Below, in pieces: positions 47,004 to 64,000 of a stretch of DNA of 64,000 nucleotides. The position numbers and the translations under genes are program-made. How positions within the stretch are numbered: position 1 is the stretch's first letter; each line of letters starts with the position of its first letter. The DNA comes from Chrysomallon squamiferum (taxonomy: Eukaryota; Animalia; Mollusca): NCBI GenBank assembly GCA_012295275.1, contig CM022676.1, positions 7,998,001-8,062,000 of the forward strand, given 5' to 3'. The notes beneath the pieces were generated by a model. That model worked only from the letters and a program-made list of their open reading frames with translations. It made no database searches and was not told the DNA's origin.

Positions 47004-52655
<5,652 letters not shown>

Positions 52656-52680
52656 CTGAGATTGGCCAGCTCGTACTACA

Positions 52681-52689
52681 TTTTATATA
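52681..52689 (-). promoter_or_regulatory. TATA box candidate
   Basis: TATATAAAA ~26 nt upstream of the ATG at 52655. Confidence 0.4.
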
Positions 52690-53125
52690 GCTTGTGCCTA
52701 AAACAAGGAGGTTTTCTTCGTCCCGTTTGTGATGACGTAATTGAATCTAGAGGACGTCACTCCTAAAGGATCTATATTTAGCAACACGATACAGTAAGAT
52801 ATTATCATTGTTAAGTTCTTACTGTTTTGTTTTTCTTGTTATTGTTGTGTTTTTTATAATAATAATAATTATTGTTGTTGTTGTTGTTGCTGCTGTTGTA
52901 TTTTATTATCATTATTATTGTTGTTCTTGTTGATGTCTGTCCTTCGTGTTGTTTTACTGTTACTTTGTTCTTATTATTTTGCTAATGTCGTCATTATTGT
53001 TGTTGCTTCTGTTGTTATTATTATTGTTGTAATTGCTGCTGGTCTTGCTGCCTTTATTAACGTTGTTATTGTAACAAGTGTTAATTGTATGAACGTTATT
53101 CTTGTTGTTACTGGGTTTTATTATT

Positions 53126-53219
<94 letters not shown>

Positions 53220-53636
53220 GTTCATTTTTATCATCATTGTCCTCATCATTATTTATTACTAGGAATACTCCTCCTACCCTTTTACAGCTAATGCTACAAC
53301 AACAGAACAAGAAATACTACTACTACTACTACTATTATACCATATGACAATACTACTCGCTCTAATAATATATTACTATATTCATGGCCGTCCTAAAAGT
53401 ATTATATATATATATATACAACCATTCACAGAAATAAAAATGTAAATGGTCGAGACAATTAAATATATATTTATTGTACTGGTTTTGCTTCGACAAAATC
53501 AGTTTTAAATATCAACAAATATTTTCAGTTTAGTGTAGTAAATGTTTATTTATTTATTTATTTATTTACAGAAAGTCATAATACACATAGGTTAGAATAG
53601 GACGCCATAGTATAGTCTATACTACTATAACAACTG

Positions 53637-53669
<33 letters not shown>

Positions 53670-54180
53670 GTTTATACTAGTATCGCTCTGTTTATTTACA
53701 TATGTATGCATTACCACTGTTTTCATTCTACATCTATTTCTGGTTTGTATGAAAAATTTACAAAATATAACATTTTATTTTAATTAACAAAGTAATTTTA
53801 GTTTCAGGAATAGTTTGAGTAGTTGCTACTGTAAAAAATATAATGGTTTTATTTTTTATTTTTTTTAAACTGAAAGTTGACGAATTAAAATGGCGAATTA
53901 ATTCAGGAAACCTGTGATGATAGATGCGCGGGTGGGGGGCTGACATGTGACGTAATCAACAGGATGGCAGACGATAGAACATAGGTGATGATCAAAATAT
54001 CTTAATAATTAATTCTACTTAAAAAAAAAGAAAAGAAGAAGGAGAAAATAGTAAAGTATACAAAATGAAAAAAGAATAAAATAAATTTAGATAATCAGGG
54101 GGAAAAAGAAGAAGAAAACACTAAAAATTGCGTTTATATTTATTTAAATATCACAATATTGTTATTATCCTTCTGGATTC

Positions 54181-54186
54181 TTTATT
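54181..54186 (-). terminator. polyadenylation signal candidate of the knottin gene
   Basis: AATAAA 17 nt after the TAG of the 6-nt final coding exon. Confidence 0.5.
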
Positions 54187-54202
54187 CAGCTGTATTAGGC
54201 CG

Positions 54203-55067
54203 CTAGTTCTGTAAATAAATAAATAAATAACATGAAGACACATATAAATAACTGGAAATTAAAAATAAAATTAAAACAAATAAATAAGCAAATAAAACGA
54301 ATAAATTAAAATAAAATGAAATAAAGAAAAATAAAATCAAAATAAATGTCATTGCACACCACAGTTCAGTACAGTAAAATATAGTACTGTATTGCATAGT
54401 ATATAGTACAGTACAGTAAACTATAGTATATATATAAATATAGTATAGTATAGTATGTATAGTACAGTTCAGTCCAGTATAGAATAATAATATACAAAAA
54501 AATTTAATTTAATTTAATTTAATTTAATTTAATTAATTACTTTATTTATTAAATAGTTTAAGAAATAAACTTACGTGATGATGACAGTTTCCTAAGTGGT
54601 CAGCGGGATGACAGTGGTACCCATCACAACATGGCCTATCAACTGGACACGAGTCAGGGTCATCAAAACAAGTGGGTGTCTCTCTCTTCACTTTAACTGA
54701 GAAGAAAAAAAAATGATATTAATAAAATTTAAAAAATTGGTACCTGCAAAACCTACAAAATTGTAGTTCCCAGTCATAATAGGATCAAAGCACCAGCCTT
54801 TCTCCTCAAAGATTTTAATGCCCAACCCATTCCCCTGGATATATAACCCTACATTGTTCGCCATACCATGTGAAATCCTGCTGTAAACAGAAATGCTCAT
54901 GAAAACTAATAACGTACCATGATGACAGTTTCCTAAGTGGTCAGCATGATGACAATGGTACCCATCACAACATGGCCTATCAGCTGGACACGAGTTAGGA
55001 TCATCATAACAAGTGGGTGTCTCTTTCTTCGCGTGAACTGAGAAAAAAAAAAAATAACAACAACAAC

Positions 55068-55115
<48 letters not shown>

Positions 55116-57630
55116 TAATAATAAACGTCGACAATAAAGCAGTAGTTCCAAACCTCCTCTTCTCCTCAGATAATTTAATGACCCCCACACAGGACAATTA
55201 AAGTCAATTTCTGAAAACGTCGAGAAAAAAGCAGCAGTTCCCAATCTCCATACCCTATCTCATCTCCTCAAAGATTTCACTGCTTCCTTCTACTCCAATT
55301 ACTGAAGTCAAAAATATATTCTAGACCCATATGACCTTGTTCATTAACAAAATTATGCGATTAAATAATTAACTCATTTGATACCCCATGATCTTGTGGC
55401 CATGGTACTTGATGTAGGAAGATTTGTTATTACATAGCATTAAACATTCCCTTGATGTACTGTGTTCGCCATACATTGTGAAATAATGCTATAAACAGAA
55501 ACACTCATGAAATCTGAAGTACTTCATCGTTCAAATGGAGAATAATGTATCTCACGTTACATGTTTTTCTTGTGCATATAATGTAAACAGTTATTCTTTA
55601 ACTAATTACTTACCATGATGACAGTTTCCTAAGTGGTCAGCATGATGACAGTGGTACCCATCACAACATGGCCTATCAGCTGGACACGAGTCAGGGTCAT
55701 CAAAACAAGTGGGTGTCTCTCTCTTAACTTTAACTGAGAAGGGAAAAAAAATGATAGTAATAAAATTTAAGAAATGGCATCTGCAAATACTATAAAGTTG
55801 TAGTTCCCAGTCTTTATAAGGTCCATACTCCAGCCTTTCTCCTGTAAGATTTTAATGCCCACCCCTCCGCCGCAGGATATAAAAGCCAACCAATTTCTGA
55901 AAACGTCGAGAATAAAGCAGCAGTTCCCAGATCGTACAGTATAGAGATTAATGTATCTGAAGTACTCGATAGTTCACTTTACAGATTAATGTATGCGAAA
56001 TTAAGTGGTTTTCTTTTCCATATAATGCAAACAATTATTCCTTAGCGTAAGGAAAACTAATTACTTACCATGATGACAGTTTCCTAAGTGGTCAGCATGA
56101 TGACAGTGGTTCCCATCACAACATGGCCTATCAGCTGGACACGAGTCAGGGTCATCAAAACAAGTAGGTGTCTCTCTCTTCACTTTAACTGAGAAGAAAA
56201 GACAGTGATAGTAATAAAATGTTCAAAAGTGGTACCTGCAAAAACTACAAAATTATAGTTCCCAGTCATAATAGGATCAAAGCACCAGCCTTTCTCCTCA
56301 AAGATTTTAATGCCCCACCCATTCCCGTGGATAAATAACCCTACCAATTTCTGAAAACATCGAGATTAAAGCAGTAGTTGTAACCTCCATACACTATCTC
56401 ATCTCCTTAAAAATGTTATGTGTTGAGGACATGTTCTGGACCTATATGGCCGTGTTCATTAACACAATTGTGTGATAAAATAGGTCACGTTTAATTAAGT
56501 AATTAACTTATATGGTATGCCAGGATTTTTAAGCTATCTACAGTACTTGATGTAGAGAGATTTGTTCTTATTACATCACATTAAAAATTCAATTTATGTA
56601 TGGCGTCCGTCACAGATTTTCAAATCCTGCTATAATCAGAAATACTCATTAAATCTGAAGTACTCTATGGTTCAGTATGGACATTAATGTATCTGAAGTT
56701 ACGTGTGTTTATTTAACATACAATGTAAACAATTGTTCTTTAACTTAAGGAAAACTAACAACTTACCATGATGACAGTTTCCTAAGTGGTCAGCATGGTG
56801 ACAATGGTACCCATCACAACATGGCCTATCAGCTGGACACGAGTTAGGATCATCATAACAAGTGGGTGTCTCTTTCTTCGCGTGAACTGAGAAGAAAAAA
56901 TATAATAATAATAATAAACGTCGACAATAAAGCAGTAGTTCCAAACCTCCTCTTCTCCTCAGATAATTTAATGACCCCCCATACAGGACATTAAAGTCAA
57001 CCAATTTCTGAAAACGTCGAGAATAAAGCAGCAGTTCCCAAATCGTACAGTATAGAGATTAATGTATCTGAAGTACTCGATAGTTCACTTTACAGATTAA
57101 TGTATGCGAAATGTAAGGAAAACTAATTCCTTACCATGATGACAGTTTCCTAAGTGGTCAGCATGATGACAATGGTTCCCATCACAACATGGCCTATCAG
57201 CTGGACACGAGTCAGGGTCATCAAAACAAGTGGGTGTCTCTCTCTTCACTTTAACTGAGAAGAAAAGACAATGATAGTAATAAAATGTTAAAAAGTGGTA
57301 TCTGCAAAAACTACAAAATTATAGTTCCCAGTCATAATAGGATCAAAGCACCAGCCTTTCTCCTCAAAGATTTTAATGCCCAACCCATTCCCCTGGATAT
57401 ATAACCCTACATTGTTCGCCATACCATGTGAAATCCTGCTGTAAACAGAAATGCTCATGAAAACTAATAACGTACCATGATGACAGTTTCCTAAGTGGTC
57501 AGCATGATGACAATGGTACCCATCACAACATGGCCTATCAGCTGGACACGAGTTAGGATCATCATAACAAGTGGGTGTCTCTTTCTTGGCGTGAACTGAG
57601 AAGAAAAAATACAATAACAATAACAATAAC

Positions 57631-57681
<51 letters not shown>

Positions 57682-59253
57682 CGTCGAGAAAAAAGCAGCA
57701 GTTCCCAATCTCCATACCCTATCTCATCTCCTCAAAGATTTCACTGCTTCCTTCTACTCCAATTACTGAAGTCAAAAATATGTTCTAGACCCATATGACC
57801 TTGTTCATTAACAAAATTATGCGATTAAATAATTAACTCATTTGATACGCCATGATCTTGTGGCCATCTACGGTACTTGGTGTAGGAAGATTTATTACAT
57901 CGCATTAAACATTCCCTTGATGTACTGTGTTCGCCATACATTGTGAAATAATGCTGTAAACAGAAACATTCATGACATCTCAAGTACGCCATCGTTCAGT
58001 ATGGAAAATAATGTATCTGAAGTTACGTGTTTTTCTTGTGCGTATATTGTAAACAGTTATTCATTAACTAATTACTTACCATGATGACAGTTTCCTAAAT
58101 GGTCAGCATGATGACAGTGGTACCCATCACAACATGGCCTATCAGCTGGACACGAGTCAGGGTCATCAAAACAAGTGGGTGTCTCTCTCTTAACTTTAAC
58201 TGAGAAGGAAAAAAAATGATAGTAATAGAATTTAAGAAATGGCATCTGCAAATACTATAAAGTTGTAGTTCCCAGTCTTTATAAGGTCCATACTCCAGCC
58301 TTTCTCCTGTAAGATTTTAATGGCCCACCCCTCCCCAGCAGGACATAAAAGCCAACCAGTCTCTGAAAACGTCGAGAATAAAGCAGAAGTTCCCAGATCG
58401 TACAGTATTGAGATTAATGTATCTGAAGTACTCGATAGTTCACTTTACAGATTAATGTATGCGAAATGTAAGGAAAACTAATTCCTTACCATGATGACAG
58501 TTTCCTAAGTGGTCAGCATGATGACAATGGTTCCCATCACAACATGGCCTATCAGCTGGACACGAGTCAGGGTCATCAAAACAAGTGGGTGTCTCTCTCT
58601 TCACGGGAACTGAGAAGAAAAAAAAATGAAATAAAATAAAATTAAAAAATGGCATCTGCAAAAACTATAAAGTTGTAGTTCGCAGTCTTTATAATGTCCA
58701 TGCTCCAGCCTTTCTCTTGTAAGATTTTAATGCCCACCCCTCCCCCGCAGGATATAAAAGGCAACCAATTTCTGAAAACGTCGAGAATAAAGCAGCAGTT
58801 CCCAATCTCCATACCCTATCTCATCTCCTCGGTGATGCTACTGTCCCCTCCCCGAACCAATTTCTGAAATGTAGAGAACATGAACTAGACCCATATGACT
58901 AACTCAGTTAAATGTAGCTGAGCACTCGGTCGTTCAGTATGGAGATTAATGTACCTGAAGTTACGTGTTTTTCTTTTTCATATAATGTAATCAATTATTC
59001 CTTGACTAATTATTTACCATGATGACAGTTTCCTAAGTGGTCAGCATGATGACAGTGGTACCCGTCACAACATGGCCTATCAGGTGGACACGAGTCAGGG
59101 TCATCGAAGCAAGTTGCAGCAGCTATAAAAACAAAACTAAATATTATTAAAACAAAAGTAGTATTAATTTAGTTAATGTTCGTCAAATATCGTTAGTTTT
59201 CGTAAAATATCAAGAGGAAAAAACGCTAAATGAAATTAATGTAATAAACAAAT

Positions 59254-59295
<42 letters not shown>

Positions 59296-59438
59296 CTTAA
59301 TAACAGAAAAATATTAGAACTGAAAAAAAAAAAAAAAAAAAAATAAATAAAATGAAATGAAATGAAATGAAATAAAATAAAGTAAAATAAATAGGTACCA
59401 CAGCAAATTGTAGCGGCAAAAAGTAACAAAAATTTCAT
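54203..59438 (-). CDS. secreted polyprotein precursor of ten His/Asp-rich knottin-like (C-C-CC-C-C) peptides, 410 aa
   Basis: Exons 59399-59438 (MKFLLLFAATICC), 59018-59122, 58490-58609, 58080-58199, 57476-57595, 57135-57254, 56767-56886, 56069-56188, 55614-55733, 54918-55037, 54575-54696, 54203-54208 (N*). 1233 nt, all GT-AG, no internal stop; unit (VKVKR|VHAKK)ETPTC(F/Y)DDP(D/N)SCPADRPCCDG(Y/N)HCHHADHLGNCHH. Confidence 0.88.
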
Positions 59439-59495
59439 CGTGATCGTTTCAAGAGAACAACCAAATTATGGTGTTCGTACGGAAAGTAAACGTCC

Positions 59496-59502
59496 TTTTA
59501 TA
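59496..59502 (-). promoter_or_regulatory. TATA box candidate of the knottin gene
   Basis: TATAAAA ~58 nt upstream of the ATG at 59438. Confidence 0.55.
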
Positions 59503-60745
59503 CCAAATTTACGGTAGGAGTGACTGTATTAGGTGATAACGACATCTGCTTATCTCGTCTGTTGCGTTCATGATTACGTTTTTCAGGCCTTATCATTCCT
59601 CAAGTGACGTACATCACAAAATCAGCATTTTTTTTCTTTTTTTTTTTTTTCATTAGTCCGTATTTTGTTATTTGTTTTATTTTTTAACATTGAATTTTTT
59701 CTAAAACTGCAAAAAATACGTTTTTGGCTCTGAACTGTAATTTGATTTTTGATATTAATAATAATGATAAAAATAATAATAGTGGGGATAATGACAATGT
59801 TTAAGATGATAATAAATAAATAAATAAATAAATAAATAGCGAAACGATTCTTTTTGATTACCATTGCTTTGTGCGAATTAAATTAGGTGTTTTTTATTTT
59901 TTATTTTTTATTAATTTTTTTAATTATTTTTAACTACTCTGTATTATAAAGAGTTATTTAATAATATATAAACATTAAATAATAATAATAATAATAATAA
60001 TAATTTTGTCTGAAAGTAGGCTGTGGGAAATAAGTTATAAGGTGCCCTATGTTAAAGGAGGAGTAACAACTTACAGCGAATTATAAATGGAGGGTAAGTT
60101 ACTTTTTGTAGTTGATTATTCTACTTTATCTTAACTTATTGTTACAGATGCGATAATTCAAAGCAATTATTTCATAATATTTTATCTATAATCGTAGAAA
60201 AACTTGTCAAATTATTTAAGATTAGTTAATATTATTATTGGCCTTTTTTTAATTTAATGTTCCTGAACGCTGAAATGTTAATGACGTCATGCAAAGAGAA
60301 CCTGCCGATTTCGAAGTACAAATTTTCGGAATATATGACCTCGACAACATAAATTAACACCATGTTAGTATAATATAAACAACAACAACAACAAAAGTGA
60401 TAATACGCTATGGAATTTACCATTCTTTGGCGCATAATACCTACATTTATTAATTAATATGAATATGGATGAAAGTGGCTACAAATGGCGCCATGTTTTT
60501 TGTGGTTTTCTGAGGGGGGGGCGGAGGATTTGAACTTTTCAGTTGTTCTCTTTTTGTGGGCTTTTTTTCGACAATCGTAATAATCAGTATATAGCTATAT
60601 ATTTAAACAAAACTAGAGTAATACCGTAGACAATTATTTCAACTCTAAATAATGTATTTTAGTTGTTGTTGTTGTTGTTGTTTCGTTGTTATTATTATTA
60701 TTATTTAATTTTAATTTTAATTTTAATTTTAATTTTGCAGTAACC

Positions 60746-61114
60746 ATGCCTGGGATGCAGCTTACTAAATTGATACTTATTTTCTTACTGACTACTGTCA
60801 GTTTAATCCAAGGTATTTTAGTTTTATTTTAATATGGACTATATCTGCCAGAATAAAAACAAAATGAAAATTAATATCTCCAGCATGATCAGTAAAGAAC
60901 ATTATAAATGAAGTATGTTTTCTTCACAAATGTGTGTGTGTCGTGGATAATGTACATCTGTTCATGCATTTGTGACAAGATTGATAATATACAGTTTATG
61001 AATAAATATTCCTGATTTCTAATTCTTAGCCTATTTTTCTGATATAACTTGTTATTTTTGTTATTATTGTATCATTATTGTTTAGAATGTTTTTACTACT
61101 ACTACTACTACTAC

Positions 61115-61145
<31 letters not shown>

Positions 61146-61898
61146 TTGTTTTTATTGTTATTATAATTATGATTATAGTTGTTAATACGATTATTGCATT
61201 AATACAATTATAATTTCTTTTTGTATGCTGTTATTGTTATTATTGTAATTATTATTATTATAAAATTATAGTTTTTCGTATTTTTTTTATTGTTGTTGAT
61301 TCAAAATTATTAATGCCGCAGTTATTATAACAAAATATTTATTTGTATCGCTTTAAAAAAATGTTAATATTTCTGCACATAGAAAATTACACCAACATTT
61401 TATTTTATTTTTTTTCATGATTTTTTTTTTTTTATTATTATTATTACTTTTTAAAAATATATAATTATGGGCTTCAGATAAGCCTCTCCTGAGTAATAGA
61501 AAAGAAACACCTTATTCTTCTCAGGTCAAACTCTAGAGTTATCTGGGTCTTCAAACCTGGCTAAACTAAACCATTCATTCACTCTAACATGCACAGTGAA
61601 CGAGGCAGTCGAACTTGAAGACAAAATTGTTTTTCACCACAAAACAAATCTCAAATTTGCTGTCATTTATCAAGATCTGTTTCGATGCTTTCTCCTAAGT
61701 CCTCCTCCATTTGGCTACAAATTTTCATGTGGCCAGGACAATTTCTACAGGAGCACAAATACAAAGGTGTACAAGATGACAATTGAGAGAGTGCAGTTGA
61801 GAGATGCGACAAAATGGTGGTGTGTCCTGGACAAAGCACAGAGAGCCAGCAACAGTTTGAAACTCAATATAGAGTACTTTGGTAACTAATTTTATTTT

Positions 61899-61936
<38 letters not shown>

Positions 61937-62669
61937 CTGAGGTTATATGAAGTAGTAGGAAATGATTCTATTTAAAATCATGCAGTTCCCATAAAATTTG
62001 TTTTTCAAAAGATAAACAGTAAACAAAACAAATAACTAAAGAAATAACTAGGTAAATAAATAAGTAAATAAAGAAATAAATAAAACACAGATTAGAAATA
62101 TTTCAAATTATGTTATTTTTAGAGCATCTGTAGTTACTTCAATGTACATATTACAATTTGATAAAAATTCCTTACAAAAATTCATGTTAATAATCTTGTA
62201 ACTTTTCAAGCTGAATTATCCAACTCCTTATTTGTAGAACCAAGATGTTTAGAGAATGACATAGTGTGAGATCACAAACTTAAATTAATTAGTAAAAAGT
62301 CTCAGTTACGGAAGTAAGAGTGGTATGATATTCATAAAAGAGTGAATATGAGTATTATAGAAAATTATTACTGAGACTTAAAAAACAAAAACAAATTTAA
62401 TAAATAAGAAATCTCAGAAGTCAACATTAAAAAGATAATAATAATAATAATAATAATAAATTAAAAGATAAATAAATAAATGTGTGTGTCTGTCTGTCTG
62501 TCACTGTCAACTAAGATGGAAATGAATAAATTGTAGGTATTGGAAACCACGTTATTTGAGTTTATTCAGAAAGTACTTTAAACCTTCTTAATATTGAGCT
62601 GTTTGCAATAATAAATATTTTCTCTCAGATGATTACGAAATGAACAACGACTTGTTTGGCAGAGATTAA
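60746..62669 (+). CDS. secreted single Ig-domain protein G (~154 aa), divergent relative of the cluster
   Basis: Exons 60746-60812 (MPGMQLTKLILIFLLTTVSLIQG), 61525-61881 (SFTLTCTV...FRC...KFSC...KMTIERVQLRDATKWWC...SNSLKLNI), 62629-62669 (DDYEMNNDLFGRD*); GT-AG, 465 nt. Confidence 0.75.
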
Positions 62670-62858
62670 CATCATCAGAATTAACTTCATCAGAATTAAC
62701 ATCATTTGAATTAACATTATCGCTTTCAAATGTTACTGACCACTGGAACTGAGGATTAAAGATTATAAACCAGGAAATGAATGAGTTAATGGAACATTGT
62801 TATGGTATTGAATTGTTTTAGAATTTGATTCTTAACTGTTTCAAAATCAGTGTCCTGC

Positions 62859-62899
<41 letters not shown>

Positions 62900-63479
62900 G
62901 CAGCTAACAAGTACATATGCTCCTTGTTTGTCCTGGTTTTATAGTAGAGCTAAGACATATTTTTGCAGTGATATATAGGTGTGTGTGTGTGTATATATAT
63001 ATACACATATACATAAACATTGCATGTTCTGTGGGGGGTTTTAACAGCTAAGAAGTACATATGCTCCATGTTTTTATTATTATTATTATTATTATTTTCA
63101 TTTCTTTTCTCTTTTCGTTTTTTTTCATGTTTTTTACTTCTATCAGAATTCAGAAAAACTAACTATAAATAATTTTCAGATTAAAAGTAAGGACACAAAC
63201 AAAAAATATACATTTCTTAAAGGATATTTTTGATGATAAGAAATAAGTTAAAGACATTTTACATTCTTCCAAGTTATTTATTTTCATAAATTGTTAATTA
63301 TTTACTCAGGATTACTAATGTTTCTATGATTTTATTTACCCGCATGTGACAAATATTGTTATTTTGTTAATTTTTAGTTCACTTTTCTTTTCTTTTTATT
63401 TGAAGTCCAATAATTTGTATGTTGTATATATGTATTAGTGCTCCAATTCTGTTCTGTTATAACAAAACATTTTAGGTCA

Positions 63480-63890
63480 GAGTTGAGGTTGGACTATTCT
63501 TGGGGGTTTACTAAGATTAGTCTTAACTGATGGTCCAGTTCTGCTGTGTTGTAGCATTAGGTCAAATTCAGACAAATTTTACATGTGTACTGCAGTGTAA
63601 TTGACTGTAACTGATGGAGAATTTCAGGAGGGAGTCTAGATGATAACAGGCCAGTTTGAACACTAGAATCCAACAGTGCTACAAATGAGCATCGCTAAAT
63701 TCTACTTTAAACACTGGAGTTGTTCTGAGTCCAAAAGTCCATTCAGTTTTATTGTTATGTTCTAAACATCAGACAAGATGTCCTTAATGTTACAGTTTGC
63801 TCTTTCTACAGCCCCTTGTTTTGTGAATGCCTAGGTTTCCCATGGACCATCACTAATGCTGTCCACATTACCTTCATTTCAGTGATTATA
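63480..63890 (-). mobile_element. Ginger/KRBA2-like integrase core relic
   Basis: MKVMWTALVMVHGKPRHSQ..GAVERANCNIKDIL...WTFGL...GLLSSRLPPEIL matches the rve-type HGKPRHPQSQGSVERAN motif; frameshifted. Confidence 0.8.
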
Positions 63891-64000
63891 TATATTTTCT
63901 GAAAATATTCAGTAACCTATACACGTGTACATACATTTCATAGTCAGGTTAATAAAACCTAATAGGGCATAACAATTATACATTTTTAATACTAATATAA

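Noticed and set aside
54918-59018. C-terminal Gly amidation signal (CHHG-K) seen in the ORF track for knottin repeats
   Set aside because: The G is a single phase-1 base before the GT donor; after splicing the codon is GTT (Val), so there is no Gly-Lys/Arg amidation site.

Overview
This is AT-rich, microsatellite-laden, intron-containing animal DNA; an invertebrate, possibly a mollusc or other lophotrochozoan, is my inference from the domain style only. Most long ORFs in the supplied track are simple-repeat artefacts, and the real genes appear only after reading GT-AG splice junctions by hand. (1) About 4-53 kb holds a tandem, partly inverted cluster of about seven immunoglobulin-superfamily genes and pseudogenes. 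They are built from phase-1 modules: signal peptide, 4-Cys V-like Ig, DGP-initial C2/I-like Ig, TM and cytoplasmic exons. Their tails differ sharply: an array of tandem exons mostly encoding ITAM-spaced YxxL/I-x8-YxxL motifs whose second half also fits the ITIM consensus, an ITIM-only tail, a Tyr-less tail, a decayed Tyr-rich plus SAM-domain exon, and secreted forms. (2) At 54.2-59.4 kb on the minus strand is an apparently intact 12-exon gene for a 410-aa secreted polyprotein. It carries ten His/Asp-rich C-C-CC-C-C (knottin-type) peptides, one per exon, separated by KR/KK sites. (3) At 60.7-62.7 kb is a divergent secreted single-Ig gene. Tc1, Ginger/KRBA2-like, Penelope-like and MITE relics are interspersed. 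All exon models are manual and lack transcript support.
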